Shown here one piece after another: positions 34,346 to 47,714 of a stretch of DNA of 64,000 bases (positions are counted from its first letter, which is position 1; the number at the start of each line of letters is the position of its first letter). This DNA is from Zygnema circumcarinatum SAG 698-1b (lineage: Eukaryota > Plantae > Zygnematophyceae): NCBI GenBank assembly GCA_037447605.1, contig CM074808.1, forward strand, positions 4,030,001-4,094,000, given 5' to 3'. The notes under the pieces are model-generated. The model was not told where the DNA came from. It saw only the letters and a program-made list of their open reading frames with translations, and searched no databases. A program made the position numbers and the translations under genes.

Positions 34346-35684
34346 ATGGCGTCCGCCTTCGTCACGGGGCCAGGGCCAGGGCCGCATGCGCGCTGCCGTC
34401 CCGCCCTCACGCGCGTGGGTCGTTCGCATGTTGAGAAGAATCACCATGGTGTGAGACAGTGTCATTCAAGTTCATTTTTTGTGTTTTTGGAGCATCTTCT
34501 AAGAACTCGTCTGCGCCGCTTGAAGCTTAATTTCTCTTAGCTCCGCGTGCTACTTTGCGAATGCGCCCTACAAGCCATTCGTGGTCGATTATTTGCAGAA
34601 TTTGAAAGACTGCTCAAGCAATTTTGGCTAACTTTCGCTGAAGAACGTGTCCTGCTGCCTGCCCGGGGGGCAGGGGATGGATTTCATATTCTGCCTTTAC
34701 TGGGGCGCCGCTCATTGATATCCAAACGAATGCTGGTGTGCAGCTCAAGTCAGCCTCCAAGTTCCAATGAAGAGCCTGGTGGCGCCTCGACCTTGCTGCC
34801 TACCTCCCTCACCCTATTTTTCTTCTCCTTTCTCCTCTACCCTCCTCTCTTCCCTTCTCTTCTCTCCCTGAATGCCTCCCTTATGCCCCCCCCAACCCAT
34901 ATTCTCCCATCTCCCATATTCTTTATTATTCATATTTTTTTTTGTTTATTTATTATTTCTCATATTCTTTCATATTCTCTCATATTCTTTATTCAATTCT
35001 TGCACATTGGCCTCCTCTTCTTGTCTTGAAATTCTCTTGCTCCATTATTTTGCATTCCCATGTTTCTTTTGTTCCGTCTCTTTCTTTCTGCTCCTTTCCC
35101 ACACTATCGCAGTATCCCACTCTTTTGTTTTGTCCCACATTTCTCTAATACCCACTCGTACGTAGTCCTTGACTTCCATCCCTTCTTTCAGTCCTCAGTA
35201 TTGCCAGCTTACCGCGTTGAAGACCTGGCCAATGATTTGTTTCCCTTTCGAGCTAGTGCTGCAGAGAATGACTGGGATGCTGCCTGGAAGCTGATGAACA
35301 AGCAAAACTCTCCGGCCTCAGCCAAAGTGTCGTCAACTACCGATGATATTCCTTCCAATTCCTCCGGCCCTTCTGACAGTCTCCAAGACAACGGGCCTCG
35401 ATTGACTCGGGTAAGCCAAGCAACAGTGACTCTGCCGAAGTTTGTGGTATGCATGGCTCTTAGACTAATTCCTTCAAGCTGGGGCCTGTTTGCAGTGGGG
35501 AGGAAGTGTGAGAGGAGGGCGGTACGAAATGGGGGAGGGCACTGATCGAGTGCTCGACCTCTGGGGCAACGGAAATGCCATGCTCGTGGCAGCCGGGGCT
35601 GTCCTTCTGCTCTTGATCGTACTTGCACTCTACATTCCTCCTCCTCCATCAATGGTTCTAACTGATGTTCCAACTAAGCAATGA
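34346..35684 (+). CDS. Small single-TM protein of unknown function, probably plastid-targeted
   Basis: MASAFVTGPG..ARCRPALTR-type N-terminus; exons ...LPAYRVEDLANDLFPF...NDWDAAWK...LPKFV / WGGSVRGG...VLDLW...LVAAGAVLLLLIVLALYIPPPPS...*. The 5' exon structure is inferred. Confidence 0.6.
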
Positions 35685-36168
35685 TCCCTATGCTTATTTG
35701 TGAATTGCGAAAGGGCATGCATCCCTTTGTAACGTTCCTATGTTCATAATGTAAATTGAACGCTAGTTATTTTTACCACGTTGTATTTTGAAAGATAGTC
35801 TTTACTTTTTTGGTCCTGATTGCTTCATGTTTTTTGTTCCTGGCTTCTTTTTCTTGGTAGTTTCTTTTTGTTCTTCGAGAATTCTCTTGGTTTCTCGTAC
35901 GAGGCCCATGCCCTATTCTGCATTCACCCTCAGCTAATACGCAACACAGATCGACCAGCATCGATTAGACATTGCTTGAAAGGTAATAAGAAAGGCTAAT
36001 TTATTTTCTAAAGGGACTTATTACATAGCTCAACATTCGCATCTAACAAGATTCGACTATAAGCGCCAGCAGGACATGAGCTACCCTTCCAGTAGGCTTA
36101 AAAAATTTCCAACCTACATTTCTATGAGTGACCTGTTGGTGTGAAGAAAGATCCTTCCAAACAAGCGA

Positions 36169-37999
36169 TCAAAAGTCGTCAAATGAATCAGTCGTCTCTC
36201 GCAGGAGCTCGAGCACTGCCTTCCACCGTTGGCCATATCCAACCAGCTGGACCAGCCTTTCCCTCGTGTCTTCCAGGTACATCTGATGGTCATCCAATTC
36301 ATCTCTCTGTGGTGTCCATTTCTTTGGGAAAAAATGAACATCTAGCCGCTCTTTTGGCAGCAGTTGACAGAGCCGATCTGGCCACTCGACAAGGCTCACA
36401 ACTGCACATATCACCTTATCTGCTCACATGTTAGATGGAGGGTTTTAAGTCCTCTCAGCCACAAGGAATAAAGGGTGCCTATGCCCGACATCCTGCAACC
36501 AGATGTTTAAGGATGGCCGAACAAACTAGTTAATTAACCTATTAAAACTTAGGTCAACCTTTCAGGCTCACGACCTTACTCAGCACCATGTTGAGATCAA
36601 ATCCGAAGACAAGTACCAGTGAAAACAAGGGTGGCAAAAAAACCCACCATGAGGCTGAGATGACGTCCAACCAAGTCGCTGCAGGTCCGCACCAGGCGGG
36701 AGGCGATAGAGGTCATAGTGATGTACGGGTCTGCACCCATGCAATTTCCTTCATTCATAGTCCATCTCATGGAGTTAACACACATGCTGAGTTGGCAAGA
36801 AGTAAGCTCTCCAGAAATGACGCCGAGAGGAGGGAGGTGCGAGAGAGAGAGTGAGAACGAGAGAGAGAGAACAGACACTGCAGTTGATGATGAGATTTGA
36901 AGTGAAATTTGCAGGCAAAATCTTCATTAAGCGATAATGGGAAAGATACGAGCACCTACGGGCCTGTAATGCCATCTGTATCGCTGTCATAAACATTGAG
37001 CAATGTGAAGGTCGGCGACGTGACTCTGAGAGAAGGGTCATTCGCAAGCGCGCGGATAAAGCAGCGACTGCAACACGCTGCTCCCACTCCTAATAGATCA
37101 AGATATATACCAGAAAACAACTTGTTTCAACTATTGCATGGTCATGAGATAGACGGAGGAAGCTTGCATAAGGATCGGGAAAAACGTTAGGGGAGAAAGC
37201 TCAGCATCTACTGCTTCAATTAGAACCACATATTTGGAACGCAAACATATTACGCAAAAGAAAGTAGCCGTGTACCGTTCATAAGTTCCCCGGGATTTAG
37301 ACACATCTATGGAAACGTAAATGGGGCATACAAACTGAACGGCTCTTCTCATAACAGGCTCAAAACTCTCTAGCAGAAAACATTGTAAGATTACCCAAAT
37401 GCAGCTGTAAGAAGAAAGACGATGGAGTGCGCATAGCAAAACAAATAGAGTAATGAATTCTCATAATCTGAAAAGGGCAGAAATCTAAATTCAAAAGCAC
37501 AGCATGCAAAACGGTTCAGCGCATACCAAAAAAATGTCTTTCCTCCTCCAACAGGGCCTTGCAAGCAGATCGTATCCCCTGCTCGCACATGCTTCGCCAG
37601 GAGCTCTGCAATACTTGAAGTTATTTGCTCATTGTAAGCCACCAGCTGCAGGCCACCAGCCCTCAGCCCCTCCTGCTCTTTCGTATCGTTCAAACTCTGG
37701 CAAATCACTAAACGTCGGTTGAAAACTGCGCTCGAGAATCTGCTGCACAGACTCTTTTCCGCAAAATTTGGCCAAGAAGTGGAGGAGAAACTTTGATTTT
37801 GAGGAGATGGTCTAACTGAGAATGCGTTGACGGAAAGGCTCTGAACGAGCCGAGATTCTTGCGAGAGTTTGCAGTTCGTTTGAGACCGCCTTAAGGACAC
37901 ACAAGCGAGGACTTTGGAAGTTAGGTGAGGGAGGAGAGTCAGTCGCGCAGGCTCGCAAGCGGCAGCCATGGCTGCCGAGGCTAGGTGATGAGCAGCCAT
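36169..37999 (-). CDS. tsaE: tRNA t6A biosynthesis ATPase TsaE (YjeE) with long organellar transit peptide
   Basis: AELLAKHVRAGDTICLQGPVGGGKT, CFIRALANDPSLRVTSPTFTLLNVY, PVHHYDLYRL, VSLVEWPDRL are all TsaE signature motifs; ~100-aa N-terminal extension. Confidence 0.9.
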
Positions 38000-38235
38000 G
38001 GCTGTCAGCCGCTTCCTTCCGCCTTCCTTTCTTGTTCTCCTGGAGCAACTGTAGGCAGAGCCAGGCGCTTCCGCCAAGTCGATCGCCTCTCACGTGGTTT
38101 CACGTATCTTCAAACTCGTGGTTTCGCGGCCTCCACGCCTTCCTTCAGAGGGCCTTCAGCACTCTTTTGGACGAGGACCACGGTAGCGGAAGTCTCCCCG
38201 CCCTCCCTCTCTCTAGCTCCCCGCCACTTGCGGCC

Positions 38236-41200
38236 ATGGCCTGGGCAATGAGCGCCTTCGTGATGCTGCCCCTTCTCCTCTCGCTCCCCTCCACATCAGG
38301 CTCCTTCATCCGCCAAGTAACGGATCCAGTCATCACATCACCTGACGCAGACATCATCACATCGCTTCCCGGACAGCCTTCTGTGGAGTTTGAGCAGCGC
38401 TCGGGCTTCCTCCCTGTAGGCGGGGGCCGCTCTCTCTTCTTCTACTTTGTGGAAGCAGATCCTTCTGCAGTAGGGGCGCCTCTCACAGTGTGGTTCAACG
38501 GAGGGCCGGGTTGCTCCTCCCTTGGAAATGGCGGCTTTTCAGAACTGGGGCCCTTTTACCCAACCGCGGACGGAAGAGCGTTGCAGAAGAATCCGTTTAG
38601 CTGGAATAAGGTCTCTAATTTGCTCTTCTTGGAATCGCCAGCTGGTGTGGGGTTCAGCTACTTCACCGAGGAGGAAGACAACACTGTAGGGGACAAGAGA
38701 ACGGCAGAAGACGCATTTGCTTTTCTTGAAGCTTTTTTCGTACGATACCCTGAGTACGCAAAGCTCCCTTTGTTTATTGCGGGAGAAAGCTATGCTGGTA
38801 AGGAATCCCCTCCAATGCTGTTACACTTAAACAGCGGACACATGAGGGTGTAAGGAACTGCGTCTTTATTTTTCCTTCCTGGAGCCCAGAAGCAGAATTC
38901 ATAGCAGGTATCAAATGGAGTCAATAGTTGATGACTGATTGAATCGTTGCTTGGATGAAGTGAGACTCTTGGGCTACTGCAGACTGATGGCAAAACGCGG
39001 TGTCTCAAAACTGCCATTGTGCTGTCGTTGCCTTTTTTGAGTTGGAGGATGTAATTGCAAAATGGCTGGTTGCATTGAATCAGTGATTCCATGCAATGTA
39101 CATCGAGTTAGAGTCCTCGCATTGTAGGCACGTAAAGTTTCACCTAACCTGTCGAGATACTGAAGCGATTATGGCTCAACTCGATGTGTCATGCTGCTTT
39201 TATAGAGTCAGATTTGCAGATTTCAAGGATATGATAACTTTAATCCGCCAAGGATAGACCATATTCTCCTTCTCAAACAACTAACCTTGGTTATTTTGTC
39301 TATTCCCATTACTTCTGCATTGACTGCATACTTTCTCGTTATCTTTTTCTTGGAGATGAAACAATTACCCAGACCTTGTGCTGCACGAGTCCTTCCTAGC
39401 TACTTAACTGTTCTGACATGTCTGAGAGGAGAAGGGCTGCACCTTCAGGCACTGAGATAAGCCTTGACGCCATGACAGCTGTAATTGCCGAATGTTGGAG
39501 TGCCATCAGATCAATCAGTCTGCAATTGAGCCAGTGGGGTTGCAATGGAGCTTTTTGCAGGCCATTATGTCCCTCAGCTTGCCGACTTGATCGTGGCAAA
39601 GAACAGCGAGTCAGGGAGTCAAAAGATGAACCTGCGAGGCTTTCTTGTGGGCAATGCGTGGACTGATGCTGCAATCGACAACAGGGGTGCTGTTGATTTC
39701 TGGTGTGTTCTGAACCCTAACCTTCAAATCCTACAACCCTACCACCCTACAACCCTACAACCCTTAAATCCTGAAATCCTGAAACCCTGAAACCCTGAAA
39801 CCATAAAACCATGAAACTCTAAAACCTCAACTCTAAACCCTAATTCTCGTCCCCCTATGCTTCCTCGGCAGGTGGACCCATGCACTAGTGTCCGATGAAA
39901 TCTATGCGGGAATAGTGAGCTACTGCAACTTCTCGTTTGTGGGCCCATTGCAGTCGACAGCATCAAAGTCCAATCAGGATTTCTGTGATTACTATGCCGA
40001 TAAAGCATTTGAGCAGATGGGATTTGGTCTACTAAACATCTATGGTATGTCGTGAATTCTTGAGATCGCATATTGCTGTAGAGTCCTTTTTTTTACTAGA
40101 GCTCCTTCGTTAGCAATGTGAGGTTTTCTGGGTTGAATGTATGAGATGACTGCCATAACTAGTTGGCAGAAGGAGAGGAGCAGTGGAGTGTTCTCAATGG
40201 TCAACTTCGATGGCTGTTAATCTTTTTTTGTGTTGATGATAAGGGCTCTCGGTAAATTTTATGAGTGCAGATATTTATGCGGATGCCTGTCTCAGCTATG
40301 AGAGATACGTCCGCCATTTTGCTAAAATGTTGAATGGGACGGCATTGGCCGGCATCTCCACGCGTCCGCTGCTTGCGAATGCTATCAACGTGGATGACTG
40401 CATTGGTGAGGACTTACCTTCCTCTAATCGATTTCTTCCATTCCTTTTTCTTCCTTTGTTCTAAGAAAAAAAGCGTAAGGCCAATGCTTCTGTTATGGCA
40501 GGGCTTCTAGCTCCTGTTTTACAAACAGCATGCAAACTGATCGATCTGGTAGCTGACGACAGGAGAAGACTTCCCTGCTAAGCATGCTCAGAAAAGGCTT
40601 CAACTATCGGCTAAAATGGGACTCTTGCTGATAATGAGTTTTGTGGATATGGTTGTCTTGGCTTCTGGCAGATTACGCTGTTGACAGGTACTTGAACCTG
40701 CCTGCAGTGCAAGCAGCACTGCATTTGCAGAAGCCTGTGAAGTGGGAGGGGTGCAGCGACACGCTCGACTACTCGCGCGATGATTTGCTCACGAGTGTCG
40801 TACCCGTCTACAAAAGGCTGCTCCATTCTGGCCTGCGCATTCTTGTCTATTCAGGAGATGTGGATGCGATAGTGCCTGTGACAGGCACGCGGGATTGGTT
40901 GCGAACACTCGACCTCCCTGTGAAAGAGGAATGGCGCCCATGGCTGCATGCAAAGCAGGTAAGCGTTTATTCTTTGGCTGCAGCTAAGTTGCAGTGGTAG
41001 AGGGTAGGGAGGGTCCGTGGCTGGACGCTCCTACAGACTTGACTCCCTGTTATAGTCTGGTCAAAGGCCGTTTCTATGCGCTGTTTGCAGAACAGACTAG
41101 AATGCTGCTACTAGTTTCTCCGTGAAGTGGATGTCTTTCACTGTTCACAGTCTATCCATGAAAGGTAAGGCAAGGAATGAATTGCCAAACGTATCATTTC

Positions 41201-41530
41201 CTGTAAACGGTTTTCTTGATAGAGGACGTGAATGGTTGTTTTGAGAAGCATTGTCAAGCATCTGCTTTCTGCTCCAGTGCAGAGGATACTGCTTCGTCTT
41301 TTAAGTTGACTAGATGCTCACGTCGGACAACAACAACCTTATTGAATGTGATGATGGCTGAAGTGTGGCCGTTGACCTCGTGAGCGCGCACGCAGATCGG
41401 AGGCTATGTGACGGAATATGTCAACTTGACGTTCGCAACTGTGCGGCAGGCCGGGCACATGGTGCCGTACACGCAGCCCGGGCGGGCCCTGCACCTCTTC
41501 TCCGCCTTCATACAGGACCGCCCCCTGTAG
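38236..41530 (+). CDS. SCPL: Serine carboxypeptidase-like, clade II (S10)
   Basis: [86 protein letters not shown]. Confidence 0.94.
39713..39843. repeat. Degenerate interstitial telomere-like array with mostly 8-bp period (CCCTGAAA / CCCTACAA), intronic
   Basis: About 16 units such as ccctgaaa, tcctgaaa, ccataaaa and ctctaaaa, ending in aaaccctaa. Confidence 0.75.
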
Positions 41531-41966
41531 CCTCCCCTCGCCCAGTCCGCTCGGGCCGGGCCGGCCTGTGCTGCGGGAGAGCAGACAGACGCTGCGACCG
41601 CCCGCCATGGCCTCAGCGCCATGGAGGAGGGAGTGGTCGATTTGCCTCTCTCGTTCCTTGGGAGGCATTTTTTACTTGTAATTATACATTTGTCTACTTT
41701 TTAAAACTGTAAAGCTGTTTGGCATTGTTCTGAGGACCTTCGTGCGCCTCCCTTTGTCTCCGAGTAAAAACTTTGATCCTTTAACCTCCTTTGATCCGAG
41801 ATGATGACTCGAATGCATATCTTTCTCCATGATGTGTCCAACATTGTCTCAACAACACGGTCGCGTACAATCCCCTCACGCCATGTCGCCCATGTTGTTG
41901 GGCAGCAGTTGTTCAAACAACAAGGCCGAGACAATGTGCATGCGTGCCCCCCCCCCCCCCCCCCCC

Positions 41967-41976
41967 NNNNNNNNNN
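41967..41976. other. Assembly gap (10 N) inside a poly-C run
   Basis: Ns flanked by C homopolymers. Confidence 0.95.
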
Positions 41977-42057
41977 CCCCCCCCCCCCCCCCCACGAGGC
42001 CCCCTCGGCGCGCGCCGCGTGGGGGGGGCGCCGCCAGCGTGGCCAGTCGCGGGGGCG

Positions 42058-42067
42058 GCCACGTGGC
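42058..42067. promoter_or_regulatory. Perfect palindromic G-box GCCACGTGGC upstream of the GBF gene
   Basis: Literal match about 550 bp before the ATG; near-matches at 42033 and 42140. Confidence 0.55.
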
Positions 42068-42609
42068 GGCGGCGCGCGGCCATTGGGCGGGGCCGCGGCG
42101 CTGTCAGGCGAGCAGGGGCCGAGTCAGCGCCAGCTCACGGCCACGTCCGCCCGCCCAGGAGCGGGCAGCGCCAAACCTTTTTTGGGGGCGGGCAGCGGCG
42201 GGAAAGGCCATTTTTTGCACGGGCAGGTTCAAAAAGTGGCAAGTGGGCGAATCAGAGGGGGGGAAGGGTGGGGCCTCGGACGCAAAGGACTGGCTGGAGG
42301 ATACGGGCATCGCGCGAAATGTTTAGAGCAAAAATAGTTTGAATGGCAGTAGGAGCGGGAGCGGGGGGGTGTGGCAGGTTAGGGCTGGGAGGAGGGACGG
42401 AGGGAGAGGGAGAAAGGGAGGGCGAGCGAGGGAGGGAGGGAGGTAGGGAGAATTTCAGGGGAGGGACTTTATAATTTGAAAATTGGGCTTTGCTCGCACT
42501 AGTTCAAGGAAGGGGGGTGCTGAGGGGAGTAGAGGGGCGGGGCAGGAGCGGGAAGGCAATTGAGGAGGGGGGGAGAGGGCGAAGGAAGGAGGTTAGGGTT
42601 GCCGGGGTC

Positions 42610-45600
42610 ATGGGCTCCAGCGACGCGGGGACTCCTGCAAAAACCTCGAAGGTATTGGCAGATCCTCGGATGCGGCCATGGCCATGGCTCCAGTGTTGAG
42701 TGACTGACAACGTTCGAGTGATTGGTCCTTTAGTGAATACCGAGGGAGTGCTTGCCGCTGCCTGCCTGCATTGTAATGCAGTGCTGTAAATGTCGACTCT
42801 TACCTGATATGGAGCTTTGTAGAGAACCAGTTTATCAGGAGCTTTCCCTTTTCCTTACAACTTACTGTGTAGTATTCGGTCCATTGTTCTGGAGGACTGG
42901 AGACTCACAGGATTACTTTAAGCTAGGATTACATTATATCTCCTGTCATATGAATGTTAGGATCGCGCTGCATTACAGCAATAAATCGCACGTGAATGTC
43001 CGTTGTTGTACCTTCAAATCACCCCCTTCTGCCTGGATGTTGGAAGCGCAGGCAGAAGGAACTGCACCAGGTGGGGCTCCTGGCGCTTCTGGATATCCTG
43101 AATGGGCCGCTGCGTTTCAAGTGAGACCCTGAAAACCTGTTTTGTGTTTCTTAAAGGTTTCCTCTGTAGTATTAGCAGAATGAAGGCTATCATTTCGGGA
43201 GGCAGCCTTTTTTGAACTCTATGGTAGTGCTCATTTTGGATCTGACACCGTATATATCAATGATTTCCCCTTGCCCTCTACTTTTTCTCTATCTGCATCC
43301 CAGCTGTCAGGGCCGGTCTTGGTTGTGTGTGCATGTGTGTATGTGTGTTTTTTTATGAGCATTGGTCGAAGGCAGATTTGCTTACATGCTGGCACTTCGG
43401 TAAAGGAACTGATGGTTATCAGCCTTTTAATTAATCATTGTCGGTCCTATCTGAGGCGTTGAACTTTCCAGATCCACAATCCACATTTTTTTTTCCGCAT
43501 CAACTTTTTTGAAGTCGTCTTAGGCCAAACTGTCGTTTTATTTCTTATTGGCCTTATGGAACAGAAAATTAACTAATAGAGTTGAGTGCATGTAGTATCA
43601 GTACGTTCGTAATGGTAAGTTCAGATTTTGGCTTTTGTGTCACCCGTAGGTTGTTCACCTGTATGATTGCTGTCAGGTTCTCTTTCAGAACCAAGTGTCT
43701 AGTAGCCAATATGCTTCTCTGGATTATTAGACGAAAGCCAAAGCAAGGGTGAGAAATCTAGCGAGAAATGGGAAGTATGCATTGCAGATCTGGGTCTCAG
43801 GAGATGCTTGTTTAAAGAGCTTCAAATCATCTCCTTGTTCAGCTTGATTGAAGAGATTTTGGATGATTTTGGGGGACTGTCAGCAGGCTTACTATAATCA
43901 GGGGGCGCAGGCACCGCCTGGCTATTTCAATCCAGCTACTTCAGGACCTCAACCTCACCACTACATGTGGACAGGACAGGTACTGGTCCTTTCTTTCTGT
44001 ACGTCGCTTTGCTGCTTCTGTAATCTGAAGCATTCGTCATTCACTCTGTAACAAGCGCCCAAAGGAACTGGGACCTTTGATTGAGATTACTTGTACTTGG
44101 TTATACTTCGTGCTTGCATTGGCAAGAAGTTCGCGTGCAACGGAGTGAGCCTAAGATGGAGCAAAAAGGTTACAAGTGGAAGCCCACCTGTGCAAATGGA
44201 GCAGAGTGTCGTACTTTAGCCAAGTCCGACTTGAGTCTGATTTATGCCTAAGCGTGGCTGCAAGTAGAGAAGAAAAGCATTGGGCTGGAGGGTTTGTGAA
44301 GGATGATAGGACTCGAACAATGTGTATTGTTCAGTAGGAAGTGATCACGGTGTGACTTGAAAATGCTGAAGAGGTCCAGTAGCCTGCCTGAATCACAGTT
44401 TCAAAAAATAGGCCGATTGTCCCAGGAGAAGTTGCAGAAGACTGACTTAGGCATGCTGGTGCTTGCAGCACATGATGCCCCCGTATGGCACACCTCCGCC
44501 TCCACCATATGGAGCGATGTATCCGCCTGGAGCCATGTATGGCCATCACCCCAATATGCCTTCGGTATGTACCCGAGCGCACAACCACTTCCTCGATTGT
44601 GTGCAAGTTACTGTTGGGTCTGATAAGAGGGACAGAATGATTTCTACACTGCACGCTCTGTCACATTTGATGGCCTTATGCCAGGAGTATAGTCGTGTTG
44701 AGACTGCATATTCTATCTACCCCCGGAGGGTGTTTGGCTGAACAACACGTAATGGTTCGCTCGCTCTAGCTGTTGTTGATTAATGGCTTTTTGCCAACGC
44801 TTATTGTGCTGATGCAGTTTCTTTTTGGATTTGGCTGCAGGCTCAGCAGTCCTTCATGAATTATGGATTGCCATCTCCAAGCACTGAGGCAGCAGGAGTA
44901 AGTTGTCTTAACCTCGTTCTTTTCAATTAGCACATAGTATTTTGGCTTCTGTATAGCTGCTACTTTTCTTCGAGCAGGTTTGGTTCTGAATGTTGTAGTG
45001 TTGAATGCTGAGTGCCTGGGTCGGGTTTTGGCAAGATAAGGAGGTTTACGTGGAAGTGGCCTTGTTCTGTTTTGCAGCAAACTACAACCACTGGTCAGGA
45101 TGACGTTAAGTCACCTGCAGATGCAGCCAACGATAAGTCAAGGAAACCAAAAGGCTCGGCAGTCAAGCTGCCTACTGTCACTATTGCAGAATCTAGCAAG
45201 CTGGCATCTCCTCCTGGAAATGGAGTCTTTTCTCAAAGGTATTTATTCAATTTCACAAGAACATTTTGAGCCTAAACTGGAAGATTTTTAAGTGGGTAAT
45301 AAACTTTGAGTGGTGGTGGTCGTGCTTGTACGGGGGCTGAGATCAAGTTTGGTTTGCCAGTCTATTCCGTTGCAGGAGATGAATTTACTCTTTGTTCTGG
45401 ATTGTTTGGGCTGAATTCAAATAAGTTATTTTATGCAGATTCAAGATTTTGACAGGTAGGAGTCCAGTTGGCTTCAGGATCAACCAGACACTTCCCATCA
45501 TGATTTTACGTAGTTGTGAGATGACTTGTAATTGGTTTGGATGCAGTGGTGAGGACGATGATGATGATGACGACGATGATGCGGATGACGACAATAACAC

Positions 45601-47714
45601 AGGCCATGTAAGGCAGCCCTCACCCTACGTACAAATTCGACTCAAGCAAGATAAGGGACTCATGAAGCTGGCGAACGTGTGTCAATGCTTTGAACTGTAG
45701 GTGTTTTGAAGAGCTCACACATCTAACGTTGAGGATCACGTCAGCAATCTCTAGCCCTTTCCTTGATCTCAATGCACCGCTTGTTTGAAAGCATTTCTTC
45801 ATTTGGTTTTTAAATTGTCAGGACTCTCCGAAGCCGAACCTTGGTTGGTCGATTTCTGAAAATATTGCAGAGCATTATTTTTCCTGCCCATAGCAGTGTT
45901 TCATTTTTTTTTTCTTTTTCACGCTGATTCTTGGGTACCTATTTTTGTTTGCTTGGCGGAGGGATTTCAGGACATGCAGATGAATACAATGGAAGGTACA
46001 GTAACTCGAAGACATCTGTACCTTTCTTAGATTCAGGTTCTTGTATCTGGCTATGACTCTACGAGTCCAAAACCATTCAGGACATAATGGAGGGCTTCAA
46101 TGCCTCTCTCCTAGTCCTAACGTTTCCGTATTCACTGTGCATCTGCAGGGGTTCAGAGAGCGTCGAGTCAAGGAATGGGAGCAACGGTGAATTATTGGCA
46201 ACAGCAACAACCACCTCCTGGTGGAGGTGGTGGAGCGGCTGGTAGTGGAAAGAAGCGTCCAGGACCCACATCCATTAGCACTGCCACTGGGGTACTGCCT
46301 GGGACCCCTGGGTTACCAGGGCAGGGTCTGCCTCCTGAGCTGTGGATGCAAGTAGGTGGAATTTATGGCCAAGCTCTTTACAATCCGGTTCAAATGTTTA
46401 CCCATTTATCTGGAGTTGTAAGCTGGAGCCACTATATTGCAATTTATCACCAATGGTGATAGAAGGCAGCCAAGCATACAGCGCCTGCAGGGTTGGAATT
46501 GCCACAGATTAGGAAGTGCACCTCTATAAACCGACGGCGAAAGTGAAGCACATATAACTAAGTAGATGCATTTTTCGAAGCATTCCTGTAAGGTGTTTTA
46601 TGATCTCCCGGTTAAACGCATTTACCAGCCAGGGAGTAGTTGAAGTGTAGTTGGAGAAGGTCTTGAAATGCCTGACGTTTCAATAGAGAACTGACAAGTT
46701 GGCAGGATGAACGGGAGGTGAAGAGGCAGAGGCGGAAGCAGTCGAATCGGGAGTCAGCCAGGAGATCGCGTCTGCGAAAGCAGGTACGTTTTCCGTTCAC
46801 AAGCCTGAATCCCAATGAATTGCCCTTCATTTTTGCATTTGTACTTGTGTTTATTGTGCCTGACTATCTGGTGACCCAAGTCCGATTGCTACTTGAATCT
46901 GAGAAGTGGAGGCTGTCAGCACCTTTCAGGTAAAACTGACCTGAGCATTCCTTCGTTTGGTTGTACAATAGGCCAGAAAAACAAGCGATTTTGGTCAGGT
47001 CTGCAAACTTTCGATGTGTGCAGGCTGAATGCGAGGAGCTTGGAACTCGAGTAGATGGGCTCACACAGGAAAATGGGTCCTTACGAACTGAGCTGAGCCG
47101 TCTCCATGAAGAGTGCCGGAGGTTGCAGACCGAAAATGAGCGTCTTCAGGTAATGCTGAGATGATTTTGTGCATTAGAGCACAGAGGCTGTATGTAAAGG
47201 ACCAGTCTGTGCAGCTTCGTGTAGGTGCCAAGGCAACCCGTCTGAAACAATGGACCTCACATTCTGTTTCAGTTTTATTTACACAATGTAGACGATTTTG
47301 GCAGGCCCTGTGTGAGATACTGTGTTTTGTGTTCGTTCAATCCTTTGTCCAACCTAGGTTATTGCACACATTGGAATGCCCCAACTGTTTGTGGGCTTTA
47401 GAAATATAAGGACATGATTGACTGTAAAAGATTTCCAAACCGTGTATGGTACTTCAGCGTGTGCCGTACTTCAGACTTGACAATGGCTCGTGCAGGAACA
47501 ACTGAGAATGGGGGGATCAAATGAGGGCATGGGATCCTTTCAAGCGGAGCCCAAGCAATCTCCCAGGTTCAAGGAAGGCCCAGCTGGGAACGCAACACCT
47601 GCTGAGCAGTCGCAGAGAATCGGCCCCATAGTAAACAGCAATGTGAACAGTTCCAATAAGGAGGATGAATCTGGTTCAGGATCTGGTGCTCCCGACACAG
47701 TGGCAGCCGGATGA
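42610..47714 (+). CDS. GBF: Group G bZIP, G-box binding factor (GBF/HBP-1a-like)
   Basis: MGSSD...K, YPEWAAAFQAYY, PHHYMWTGQ..MPPYGTPPP.Y.AMYPPG, ELWMQ.DERE.KRQRRKQSNRESARRSRLRKQAECEEL, leucine zipper. Confidence 0.94.

Noticed and set aside
35600-35684. Plant KASH-like tail (TM + ...DVPT)
   Set aside because: VPT is followed by KQ, so it is not terminal, and the N-terminus looks like a plastid transit peptide.
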